This document shows positions 28,092 through 35,852 of a DNA stretch of 61,998 nt, one piece after another. This stretch comes from a virus (lineage: Duplodnaviria; Caudoviricetes). A model generated the notes under the pieces. That model ran no database searches. It worked only from the letters and a program-made list of their open reading frames with translations, and was not told the origin of the DNA. Where the stretch lies: positions 1 through 61,998 of IMG/VR virus record IMGVR_UViG_3300030372_001090. The stretch is one strand, 5' to 3'. How positions within the stretch are numbered: position 1 is the stretch's first letter; each line of letters starts with the position of its first letter. A program made the position numbers and the translations under genes.

Positions 28092-29700
28092 CTGGTTGGT
28101 TTTGTCTTTTGTGAGTTATTATAGCATTAGTGCTAAGTATAGTTGTAGCCACACTTACTGCATTGAGCAGAGCGTTCTTAGTTACTTTCAAAGGATCAAT
28201 GACACCGAGCTTATACATATCACCATACTTGTCATTCTTAACATCGTATCCATAGTTGTATGTTCTGTCATATATAACATTAATGATCTCTGGTTTTTCT
28301 TTATTAGCATTATCTAATATCTGATTGATAGGAGCTTGGAGAGCAGTAGCTAGAATTATCTTGGCCATGTTTTCATTATCGTCTCTTCCCATGTCAGATT
28401 TTTTTAGTAATTTAGTAGATTGTCTAAATAAAGCTGTACCTCCACCACATAGTATACCCTCTTCTAATGCTGACCTGACAGCACAAACAGAGTCATCAAC
28501 CCTATCATACTTTTCTTTTTGTTCTACATCAGAGTTACCTCCAACATATATACAGCCTATGGCTCCAGCTAGACTTGCTATACGTTCATTCACAAACTCT
28601 CTCTCATGCTTTACTGTCATTCCTTTTTGCTGAACTTTCAACTCATCTATTCTTTTTTTGGTTTCTTCTGGCTTGTCATCTGTAGTAAATATTATTGTGC
28701 TGTCTAAACCTGAAACAATTTTATCTGCATGACCTAGATCCTCCATTCTAATTAAACTCAGATCATCACCAGTTTTTTCACTAAAGAACTTTGCACCTAC
28801 AGCAAAAGCTATATCGCTCATCAGCTCTGTAGACTTGTATCCAAAGTTAGGTGGTATGATATTACAAAACTTTAATCCATTACGAACTACGTTTGCAGCT
28901 AGTGTATTAATTACATTTCCTGCACACGGAGCTATAATTAATAGTTTGTCATTACTTTGTATAATTGGTTTTAGTACATTCTCAATCTGCAATACATTAC
29001 TTATCTCTGCATCACACACTAATACTTTTACATCTTCAAGAACACACTCGTCTTTCTTTTGATTATTGATAAACATATTAGATGTATATCCTCTGCCAAC
29101 TTTGATTCCGTTTGTTACCTCAGCATATGTCTCGGCTGTCATAGAGTTCTCCACAGTAACAATCCCGTTGATCCCAACCTTCTCATAGGCATCAGCAATT
29201 ATAGTTCCAATCTCTTTGTCGTTGTTTGCAGATATACAAGCAACATCTAACAACCTCTCCTGACTTACTTTCTTAGAATGTTTTTCTAGTCCTTGTATAA
29301 CTTCTTGAGTTATTTTATTTATATGTCGTATGACCTCAGTAACATTTGTGTCTTTCTGAATGTAACCCTGACCTGCTTTAACTAATGCTTCTGTTAATAC
29401 AATAGCTGTTGTCGTTCCATCTCCAGCCGTATTAGCAGTTCTATTAGCTGCGTCTTTCATCATTTGTATAGCAAGGTTCTCAATAGGATCATCCAAGAAT
29501 ACAGACTGTGCTACAGTTACTCCGTCTTTAGTTATAGTAATCCCTTTTAAATGATCGGCAGATTCTATAAGCACAGTTTTCCCTAAAGGCCCAAGCGTGC
29601 TCTTTACAGCTTTAGATATTGAAGTTATTCCTTGAATTAATTTTTGGCGAGCATCTTCGTCAAACGAAAGGTCTCTTGGGATGTATCCTTGTGATGTCAT
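28066..29700 (-). CDS. groEL: Chaperonin GroEL (phage-encoded)
   Basis: AVKSTLGP, ITKDGVTVA, AGDGTTTA, ISANND, ALEEGILCGGG, GVIDPLKV; no GGM tail. Confidence 0.97.
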   Translation of the reverse strand: MTSQGYIPRDLSFDEDARQKLIQGITSISKAVKSTLGPLGKTVLIESADHLKGITITKDGVTVAQSVFLDDPIENLAIQMMKDAANRTANTAGDGTTTAIVLTEALVKAGQGYIQKDTNVTEVIRHINKITQEVIQGLEKHSKKVSQERLLDVACISANNDKEIGTIIADAYEKVGINGIVTVENSMTAETYAEVTNGIKVGRGYTSNMFINNQKKDECVLEDVKVLVCDAEISNVLQIENVLKPIIQSNDKLLIIAPCAGNVINTLAANVVRNGLKFCNIIPPNFGYKSTELMSDIAFAVGAKFFSEKTGDDLSLIRMEDLGHADKIVSGLDSTIIFTTDDKPEETKKRIDELKVQQKGMTVKHEREFVNERIASLAGAIGCIYVGGNSDVEQKEKYDRVDDSVCAVRSALEEGILCGGGTALFRQSTKLLKKSDMGRDDNENMAKIILATALQAPINQILDNANKEKPEIINVIYDRTYNYGYDVKNDKYGDMYKLGVIDPLKVTKNALLNAVSVATTILSTNAIITHKRQNQPDEEKKAEL

Positions 29701-29726
29701 AGCAGTATATTAAATTTAATTGAACA

Positions 29727-29734
29727 CAAATATA
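29727..29734 (-). promoter_or_regulatory. Bacteroidota-type -7 promoter box for groEL (TATATTTG)
   Basis: 27 nt upstream of the groEL ATG. Confidence 0.65.
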
Positions 29735-29749
29735 ACAATTATTATTATA

Positions 29750-29967
29750 TGACAAAAGACAGAGTTTGCTTTTGTTTTTTGTATTTTATAAAATTATATA
29801 TATATTTTTTTTTATTCTATTTTATTTTGACTACTAAAAGTCTGCCATAAAAAAGTAATAAAAATATAAATAGCTGAGAAACAATAAGATAGAAAAAGTT
29901 ATATAAATAATAAACTCTGCCAAAACTCTGCCATATCTTTGTCTTTAGTTGTCATTAGTCTGTCATA
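29750..29967. repeat. Iteron-like repeats flanking an AT-rich core; candidate replication origin
   Basis: Tandem AAACTCTGCCA x2 (29912-29933); TGYCW cores at 29918, 29929, 29940, 29950, 29961; AGTCTGCCATA at 29839; inverted copy at 29750-29767. Confidence 0.55.
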
Positions 29968-29970
29968 TAC

Positions 29971-30000
29971 AAAAAAAAAGAGAAAACTTATCGTCTTCTC
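29971..30000 (-). terminator. Intrinsic terminator
   Basis: Minus strand GAGAAGAC-GATAA-GTTTTCTC followed by T9, after ORF 30034..30312. Confidence 0.7.
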
Positions 30001-30033
30001 CTTTTCACTACTAATCAAACTAAACGGGATCTT

Positions 30034-30312
30034 CTAAAAACTTTCGTACATACTATCTCCATCCATACGAAGTTTTGCTCTTTCTATTCCATCTGCTATA
30101 CTATCAATCTTGTATTGCTTTTCCATTTGCTTTCTGTATCGTGCTGCTTGAGCTATACCAGTCTCTCCATCAAAACGATCATTTATTAGTCTACCATTTT
30201 TTACATAAAGGCCTTCAACGTAATTACCCATACTATTATCTCTTTCCATATTATTTTTGTTTTTAGAACCATACGTCTTACACGGATTCATACCACAGCC
30301 ACAGTTCATCAT
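30034..30312 (-). CDS. Hypothetical protein
   Basis: 92 aa; N-terminal CGCGMNPC; GLYVKNGRLIN; variant promoter box TATCTTTA at 30325-30332. Confidence 0.7.
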   Translation of the reverse strand: MMNCGCGMNPCKTYGSKNKNNMERDNSMGNYVEGLYVKNGRLINDRFDGETGIAQAARYRKQMEKQYKIDSIADGIERAKLRMDGDSMYESF

Positions 30313-30369
30313 TTGTTTTTTTTGTAAAGATAATAAAAATATATTAGATATTCAGAGGTTGAGGATAAT

Positions 30370-30660
30370 ACACCGTCTCACGCACACGCCACGCAAACCG
30401 AAACCGATTTTTTTTTGGTGGGGGGGTTGTTGTTTTTGTGCAGTTGTTCCGTTTTTTTTGGCTTTTTGTTTTGGCTGGGCTGGGCTGGGTTGCCTGCGTC
30501 CCGCCCTGCGTCCCGTTCCCGTCCTCCGTCCTTTGTTTTGTCCTTTGCGGTGGGCTTTTCGTCCCCCGTTCCCCCGTTTGCGGTACGTTTAAAGGGTAAG
30601 CGTTCCGCATTTATGCCCGTACGAACTACACAAAAAGCAAACAAAACACGGGGAAATGTA
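30370..30660. other. GC-rich, strand-skewed non-coding island at the late/early divergence; candidate genome terminus or packaging region
   Basis: Only one A on the plus strand from 30408 to 30584; G7 run, GCTGG repeats, CCTGCGTCCCG x2, CCCCCGTT x2. Confidence 0.6.
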
Positions 30661-30733
30661 AAAAAATTTAGGGCTGTAACTTATTGAAACTCAACACATT
30701 AAAACAAAACTATAAAAAAAGTGTGCAGTTATG

Positions 30734-30764
30734 TTGCACAGTTTAAATAATTGTATTACATTTG
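30734..30764 (+). promoter_or_regulatory. First early promoter (TTG ... TACATTTG)
   Basis: -7 box at 30757-30764 and TTG at 30734-30736 with Bacteroidota-like spacing; overlapped by the palindrome TGTGCA-N7-TGCACA. Confidence 0.7.
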
Positions 30765-30802
30765 AACAATAATTAAACAAACTACTAACTAAATTTAATC
30801 AA

Positions 30803-31075
30803 ATGAAAGTAAAAAATTTTATCAGCAACAACGGAAACCCTATCGCAAATCAATTTCTAATAACAGAAAAAGATAAAGAAATTTTTCAAAGTTATAAGAG
30901 CATTATTGCCGTAAAAAACTACAAAACACAAAAAACGTATTTAGATGAATTTTACTGGGATTATTCAGTAACTACGGGAAAATATAGAAATATGTTTTTA
31001 GGTGAGGGAATTGCAGAAACTAGACAAAAGATCAAGGACGGAGTTTATAAATTAAAAAACCTAAATAAAAAATAA
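30803..31075 (+). CDS. Early hypothetical protein
   Basis: 90 aa, ANQF...FQSYKSIIA...WDYSVTTGKYRNMFL; ACTAACTAAA leader. Confidence 0.8.
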   Translation: MKVKNFISNNGNPIANQFLITEKDKEIFQSYKSIIAVKNYKTQKTYLDEFYWDYSVTTGKYRNMFLGEGIAETRQKIKDGVYKLKNLNKK

Positions 31076-31076
31076 T

Positions 31077-31484
31077 ATGAACACACAAACACACACTTAT
31101 ATTGACTCTTATGGAATGCAGAAGAGTTTAATAAATTCAGCGTTGATATATATGGAGGGCAGACAATACTATGTCCATATTGAATTGGTAGGTTATGCGG
31201 GTAATCCTGTCTATCTTATGAGAGTTGTAAGAAAAGGAAAGGAACATTTTTACAATATAGAGGCAAAAGTTGAAGGATTAGAAGACGCAACAAACAAACG
31301 TCTTTATCTTGTAATGATGGACGCAATATGTGTTAAGGGAGACAAACAGACTTCTTTTAATACCAGCCGAATTTCTCATTTATTTGAGTCATTTACAGAT
31401 ACTAGAAAAAAATACGGAGGGATAGTCTATCAAAATGGAAAAATAATGGACGGAGAATTTAAACCAAATAAAACAAACAAATGA
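31077..31484 (+). CDS. Early hypothetical protein
   Basis: 135-aa ORF in a tightly packed operon. Confidence 0.75.
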   Translation: MNTQTHTYIDSYGMQKSLINSALIYMEGRQYYVHIELVGYAGNPVYLMRVVRKGKEHFYNIEAKVEGLEDATNKRLYLVMMDAICVKGDKQTSFNTSRISHLFESFTDTRKKYGGIVYQNGKIMDGEFKPNKTNK

Positions 31485-31747
31485 AAATAATAATGACTAG
31501 AACGGAACTAGAAAAAAATCCAGATACAAAAACTACTTATTTGACAAAAGAAGTAGACACGGAAGAACTGACGGAAAAAGCATATAAACTAATAACGGGA
31601 GATGATACACTCAAATGGTTTAGACGTTTAGGCGGTACAGAAACGGCTCAAAAATCATATACATGTAGAGGGTACAACATAACCCGCTTAACATCTATAA
31701 GTCCCGACAGACAAACAAAAATAGTAAGAACCTTTAAATTCCAATAA
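31481..31747 (+). CDS. Early hypothetical protein
   Basis: 88 aa; ATGA overlap with the upstream gene. Confidence 0.75.
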   Translation: MKIIMTRTELEKNPDTKTTYLTKEVDTEELTEKAYKLITGDDTLKWFRRLGGTETAQKSYTCRGYNITRLTSISPDRQTKIVRTFKFQ

Positions 31748-31748
31748 T

Positions 31749-31931
31749 ATGAACATAATTGAACTAAGAAAACTAATATTTGAACTTCAAAAAGATCCGA
31801 TCGGCAACGAAAAACTTATTAAATTTTATCAGCAAAAAGACAAAGAACTAATAAATAAACTTAATAAGGAAATAAACGAAAAATTAAAAACTTTAAGTCC
31901 GTTTATTAGCCATAGATACAACGTAAGGTAA
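31749..31931 (+). CDS. Early hypothetical protein
   Basis: 60 aa; its stop codon lies inside hammerhead stem I. Confidence 0.65.
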   Translation: MNIIELRKLIFELQKDPIGNEKLIKFYQQKDKELINKLNKEINEKLKTLSPFISHRYNVR

Positions 31932-31982
31932 TTCTGATGAGTCCAAAAGGACGAAACGGGGCAAATTTGCCCCGTCAATTAC
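31928..31982 (+). ncRNA. Type I hammerhead self-cleaving ribozyme
   Basis: Stem I GUAAUU/AAUUAC; core CUGAUGA; stem II GUCC-AAAA-GGAC; GAAA; stem III ACGGGGCA/UGCCCCGU; GUC cleavage triplet (cut after C31976). Confidence 0.93.
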
Positions 31983-32000
31983 TAACTAAATTAAATTAAA

Positions 32001-32300
32001 ATGAAAATAGATATGAAAAAAAGATTAAAGAAAATTGAAGGCACAGAATATTGGAGAGCATTCAAAAATCTAGAAGTTACTAGCGTTAGATACTTTGAGA
32101 CTAGACGGGGACACGGCTATGAATGTAAAACAAACATTAATGACATTTCAATATGGAATGACGGAATGGGTGGCGGGACTTATCTTGCTTTTAGAGGAAA
32201 TAAAAACGCATTTCCTGAATTTGAAAAATATACTGAAAGGGATTTAGAAATTTTAATAGATGATTATGAAATTGATGAGTTTAATTACGGAGAAATGTAA
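32001..32300 (+). CDS. Early hypothetical protein
   Basis: 99 aa, VRYFETRRG...IWNDGMGGGTY; directly downstream of the ribozyme. Confidence 0.75.
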   Translation: MKIDMKKRLKKIEGTEYWRAFKNLEVTSVRYFETRRGHGYECKTNINDISIWNDGMGGGTYLAFRGNKNAFPEFEKYTERDLEILIDDYEIDEFNYGEM

Positions 32301-32329
32301 AAAAACTTTCACAATTAAAAATAATTGAC

Positions 32330-32337
32330 TATATTTG
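32330..32337 (+). promoter_or_regulatory. Second early promoter -7 box (TATATTTG)
   Basis: Context AAATAATTG..TATATTTGAACAA is nearly identical to the first early promoter. Confidence 0.7.
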
Positions 32338-32368
32338 AACAAATTTTACTAATTAAATTAAACACAAA

Positions 32369-32539
32369 ATGAATATATATAGAGATAAAAACGGATATTT
32401 AGTGATAGAGGACGTTTTGGGCGGAGAGTATAAAATGCTAAGATATTTATACTACTCTAAGAGAGACGCAATAAAATTATTTAAGCAAGAATATAAAGAA
32501 TTCTATCATAAAAACGGACACAAAAAATCTTGGCTATGA
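32369..32539 (+). CDS. Early hypothetical protein (56 aa, MNIYRDKNGYLVIEDV...)
   Basis: Not in the ORF track; TACTAATTAAA leader. Confidence 0.7.
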   Translation: MNIYRDKNGYLVIEDVLGGEYKMLRYLYYSKRDAIKLFKQEYKEFYHKNGHKKSWL

Positions 32540-32694
32540 AGATAAAAAGAAAAGAAGTAAAGCTATGGTTAGGCAATAGCTATGAAGATTGGATAGAAGA
32601 CTTAATTTTCAGACTACTAAACAATAAGGTTTCTGTCAAAGAAATCAAAGAGGAAGTAAAGCTAATGTATAAAGATTATATAAATAAAAATTAA
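32536..32694 (+). CDS. Early hypothetical protein (52 aa, MKIKRKEVKLWLGNSY...)
   Basis: Not in the ORF track; ATGA overlap. Confidence 0.65.
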   Translation: MKIKRKEVKLWLGNSYEDWIEDLIFRLLNNKVSVKEIKEEVKLMYKDYINKN

Positions 32695-32699
32695 ATTAT

Positions 32700-32909
32700 A
32701 TGAAACAGAGAAATGAATTAGACACACTAGAACACAATATTAACTTTTGGAAAAAAGTTGTAAAAATACAAGAACAAAAAATTAAAGAAGAAGTTTTTTA
32801 CTTTCCAATATCTTGGACTGAATATCTACACGCAAAAAGACAACTTGAAAGAGTTGAGAGAAAATACGGAACTACTGAAATTTGGGAGATTAGGGACTTG
32901 CACCGATAA
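32700..32909 (+). CDS. Early hypothetical protein
   Basis: 69-aa ORF. Confidence 0.7.
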   Translation: MKQRNELDTLEHNINFWKKVVKIQEQKIKEEVFYFPISWTEYLHAKRQLERVERKYGTTEIWEIRDLHR

Positions 32910-32996
32910 TTTATTTGTTGTGTTTCTGTGATTAGCTGAGGTTGAAATAGCCCTCAGCTTTTCGCAGTAGAAGACAATACTAACTAAACAAATAAA
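32910..32996 (+). promoter_or_regulatory. Long intergenic stem-loop (processing site or attenuator candidate)
   Basis: TTTATTTGTT/AACAAATAAA, CTGTGA/TCGCAG and AGCTGAGG/CCTCAGCT pairings. Confidence 0.55.
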
Positions 32997-33001
32997 AGCA
33001 A

Positions 33002-33292
33002 ATGGAAATAAAATTTAATGAAATAAATAATAAAGCGAAAATAAGTATAATTAAATATCAGCCCCAGTTAAGTAAAAGGGCAACATATTTTATAGACGAA
33101 AGTAGTTGGCTAAAAGTATTAAGAAAGAGAATGGCTGAAGACATTAAAATTAACGGAACATCTGATCAATTTTTAATGGACGAATGTTATCAAATAGGAG
33201 AGGCAACAGAAATAGAATTTCCTTTGTCTGAAGCAAAAAGATTAATAGTTGAATTGTTAAACATAAATAACAAAAACTATGGAGACGAATAA
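33002..33292 (+). CDS. Early hypothetical protein
   Basis: 96-aa ORF. Confidence 0.7.
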   Translation: MEIKFNEINNKAKISIIKYQPQLSKRATYFIDESSWLKVLRKRMAEDIKINGTSDQFLMDECYQIGEATEIEFPLSEAKRLIVELLNINNKNYGDE

Positions 33293-33473
33293 ATATATAG
33301 TTTGGGTAGGAGGAACACCAAATTATTTTAATTCTTTACTTGAAGCCCAAGCCGAAGTTTTAAAATGGATAGATAAAGGTTATGATGATATTAAAACAGA
33401 AAGAATAATACACACAATAGAAAAAAATAATAACTATGATGACGACTACAACAAAATGGGAAACATATTTTGA
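33279..33473 (+). CDS. Early hypothetical protein
   Basis: 64 aa, YIVWVGG...WIDKGYDD. Confidence 0.7.
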   Translation: METNKYIVWVGGTPNYFNSLLEAQAEVLKWIDKGYDDIKTERIIHTIEKNNNYDDDYNKMGNIF

Positions 33474-33900
33474 TGTTTCTGAATATATACACAAAGAAAT
33501 AGATTACTTTCAAAGAGATAAACAAGAGTTTCTTGTTAGTATATTATGGGACGAAGACAGAAAACCGTCTGATGTTACTGATAAAGAAATTGAAGATCAT
33601 TTTCTTAATGATTATTATATAGGAGAAAACCATTGGGAGTTTTTTAAAGAAGATTTAAATGAAGAATTTAAAAAACATATAGGCAAGACAATTTATGTTG
33701 AGGGAAAAAATATGGGGTGGAGAAATAGAACTGGATATAAAGAGTTTGAATTAAAAAAAGGAGAAGATATATTTAGAGAGATTGCTCCTGAATGTGAATT
33801 AACTTATTATATTAAAAAAGAAAAAGAGGGAGAGTATGAGGTAAAGATTAGCCACCACGATAGTCCGATGGGAGAATATTATAACATTAAAATTAAATAA
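33436..33900 (+). CDS. Early hypothetical protein
   Basis: 154 aa, acidic, MGWRNRTGY...SHHDSPMGE. Confidence 0.75.
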   Translation: MMTTTTKWETYFDVSEYIHKEIDYFQRDKQEFLVSILWDEDRKPSDVTDKEIEDHFLNDYYIGENHWEFFKEDLNEEFKKHIGKTIYVEGKNMGWRNRTGYKEFELKKGEDIFREIAPECELTYYIKKEKEGEYEVKISHHDSPMGEYYNIKIK

Positions 33901-33902
33901 AT

Positions 33903-34019
33903 ATGAAAACAAATTATGATAAACTGTTTAATGTATTAATTGAATGGTATAACGAAAAACAAATTGATGAAATTTGGGAACTATTAAAAAAATACGATAA
34001 AACAATTAAAACTAAATAG
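33903..34019 (+). CDS. Early hypothetical protein (38 aa)
   Basis: Not in the ORF track; MKTNYDKLFNVLIEWYNEK...; fills the gap exactly. Confidence 0.55.
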   Translation: MKTNYDKLFNVLIEWYNEKQIDEIWELLKKYDKTIKTK

Positions 34020-34021
34020 AT

Positions 34022-34432
34022 ATGAAAAAATTTAAAACACCAATTCCATTATGGAGAGAAATGACAAAAGACGATAGAGAAGATTTAATAGACAATTATA
34101 TAGAATGGATAAGAACAGATTGTTCTTCTCCATATTGCGAGGTAAGATGGCTCGTAGATCAGTTGTTGCATAGCAAACACGAACTAGATATGATCCAAAT
34201 TCTGAAAGATACAACAGAATGCTATTATATAGACGATAACAGAATTTCAGATTATGTAATATATGATAGGGCAAACAATAGTTTGGTAAGATTTAATGAA
34301 AGCGGAGAGATTATATTGTATGGAGATAAAGAAGAAGCAGTTGAAAATTGTTATGGTAACGAGGAAGTAATACAATTTGATAAATTACCAAAAGACAAAC
34401 AAAAAGAAATTATTAATCAATTAAATAAATAA
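34022..34432 (+). CDS. Early hypothetical protein
   Basis: 136-aa ORF. Confidence 0.7.
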   Translation: MKKFKTPIPLWREMTKDDREDLIDNYIEWIRTDCSSPYCEVRWLVDQLLHSKHELDMIQILKDTTECYYIDDNRISDYVIYDRANNSLVRFNESGEIILYGDKEEAVENCYGNEEVIQFDKLPKDKQKEIINQLNK

Positions 34433-34436
34433 AAAA

Positions 34437-34739
34437 ATGATAAAATTATATATAAGCACATTAGCTTTTGGCTTTGGAATATTAGCTGGAATTCAATTAG
34501 AAAGATTTGAACAAAAATATTCAAGCAACGCATACGTTGTAAGTTTTATAAATGAATTTGAGGGTTTTCAATTAGATATGCACGAGGACGTTTGGAACGG
34601 GAGAATAGATAGCGTTCCCGCAAGTTACTACTTGCATAATTTTGAAGTTATACTCCACGATCTAAGGAACGATCCGTCTGGATATACTTCATGGTATTGG
34701 GAGACAATGGATACTGATTATGGGCGTAAAAATAAATAG
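34437..34739 (+). CDS. Hypothetical membrane-anchored or secreted protein
   Basis: N-terminal hydrophobic segment LYISTLAFGFGILAGI. Confidence 0.65.
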   Translation: MIKLYISTLAFGFGILAGIQLERFEQKYSSNAYVVSFINEFEGFQLDMHEDVWNGRIDSVPASYYLHNFEVILHDLRNDPSGYTSWYWETMDTDYGRKNK

Positions 34740-34747
34740 TATCTTTG
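34740..34747 (+). promoter_or_regulatory. Bacteroidota-type -7 promoter box (TATCTTTG)
   Basis: Intergenic, about 10 nt before ATG 34758. Confidence 0.55.
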
Positions 34748-34757
34748 TAAGAAAAGC

Positions 34758-35624
34758 ATGAAAAAGTTTATTATATCTTCTGAGTTAAGCACGGATAACT
34801 TTACTAATAAAATAATATTAGTAAGAAACAGTATGCAAATTATAGAATCAAAAGAGAATCCAATTAAGGATATTCAAGATAATTTAAATGATTATGTTTT
34901 TACAATAGCAAAAGTAAATGTAAAAGCGTTAGTAAATATACCTATTGATGATTGGGATAGTAACGAAGTATTTATAAAAAATGCTTTTATCAAATTAAGA
35001 AAATCAAATATATCGGGTTATATAATTCATTACGATAGTTGTTCTGAGATTTGGTATGACGATCACGGGAGCGATATGAGAGTTACTGTTAAAGTGAAAG
35101 AAATTAATGACAACGATAGTGTAGTTGTTTCTCCTATGATGACAAATGAATTGTATACTTTAAATGATATAGTCTCTATGAATCTTTTAAATAATTTATG
35201 GGAAGTTACTCAGTTGTATGAAGAATACAAGTTTAAAGAATTAGGATATTTTATAGACAACAGAAGTTATTTTGAACTTAATTCTGATGAATATAATAAT
35301 CATATGTCTAAATTGTGGAGCTACGAGTACGAGAGAGAAGTTGATAATATAGAAAATACTTATATCTATCAAAATGAAACTTACAATTCTATTAAAGCAT
35401 TTACAAAGGAAGACAAAATGCGATTTAATATAGGCATGTATCCCGTGTCCTACTTCTTTACACAAGAAAAGTTAGATTATAATGATTATGATTTGAAAAC
35501 GGGAGATTTAATTACCTACACCAATAAACAATATATAGACGGAGAGCATAAAGAACAAGCATTATTAGTAATGGTTATTAGATCGGAAGATGATCTTCAA
35601 GATTTTTTTTCAACAAAACTTTGA
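34758..35624 (+). CDS. Hypothetical protein
   Basis: 288 aa, N/D/Y-rich, with its own promoter box. Confidence 0.75.
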   Translation: MKKFIISSELSTDNFTNKIILVRNSMQIIESKENPIKDIQDNLNDYVFTIAKVNVKALVNIPIDDWDSNEVFIKNAFIKLRKSNISGYIIHYDSCSEIWYDDHGSDMRVTVKVKEINDNDSVVVSPMMTNELYTLNDIVSMNLLNNLWEVTQLYEEYKFKELGYFIDNRSYFELNSDEYNNHMSKLWSYEYEREVDNIENTYIYQNETYNSIKAFTKEDKMRFNIGMYPVSYFFTQEKLDYNDYDLKTGDLITYTNKQYIDGEHKEQALLVMVIRSEDDLQDFFSTKL

Positions 35625-35674
35625 TTTAATCAAAAATTGTTGTAATATTACACTCTAATTAAACTAAATTTAAA

Positions 35675-35845
35675 ATGGATAAACTAACGGCTCAAGAAGA
35701 AAGAGAGTATAATCATTTAAAGCGTCAGCTTTTTGATCAGAAATCTTTTATTGAAATGGATTTTGTTTCTAATCAGTTATTACTAAACAGATATAACGAA
35801 TTAGCAAACAAGAAATCCAAAAGCGTATTAACAAAAACTTGTTAG
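35675..35845 (+). CDS. Hypothetical protein (56 aa, MDKLTAQEEREYNHLK...)
   Basis: Not in the ORF track; A-rich leader. Confidence 0.65.
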   Translation: MDKLTAQEEREYNHLKRQLFDQKSFIEMDFVSNQLLLNRYNELANKKSKSVLTKTC

Positions 35846-35852
35846 TGTGTAT

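Noticed and set aside
30257-30687. Four overlapping ORFs across the GC-rich island
   Set aside because: Stop codons need both A and T, so the A-free tract keeps frames open on both strands; the translations are low-complexity.
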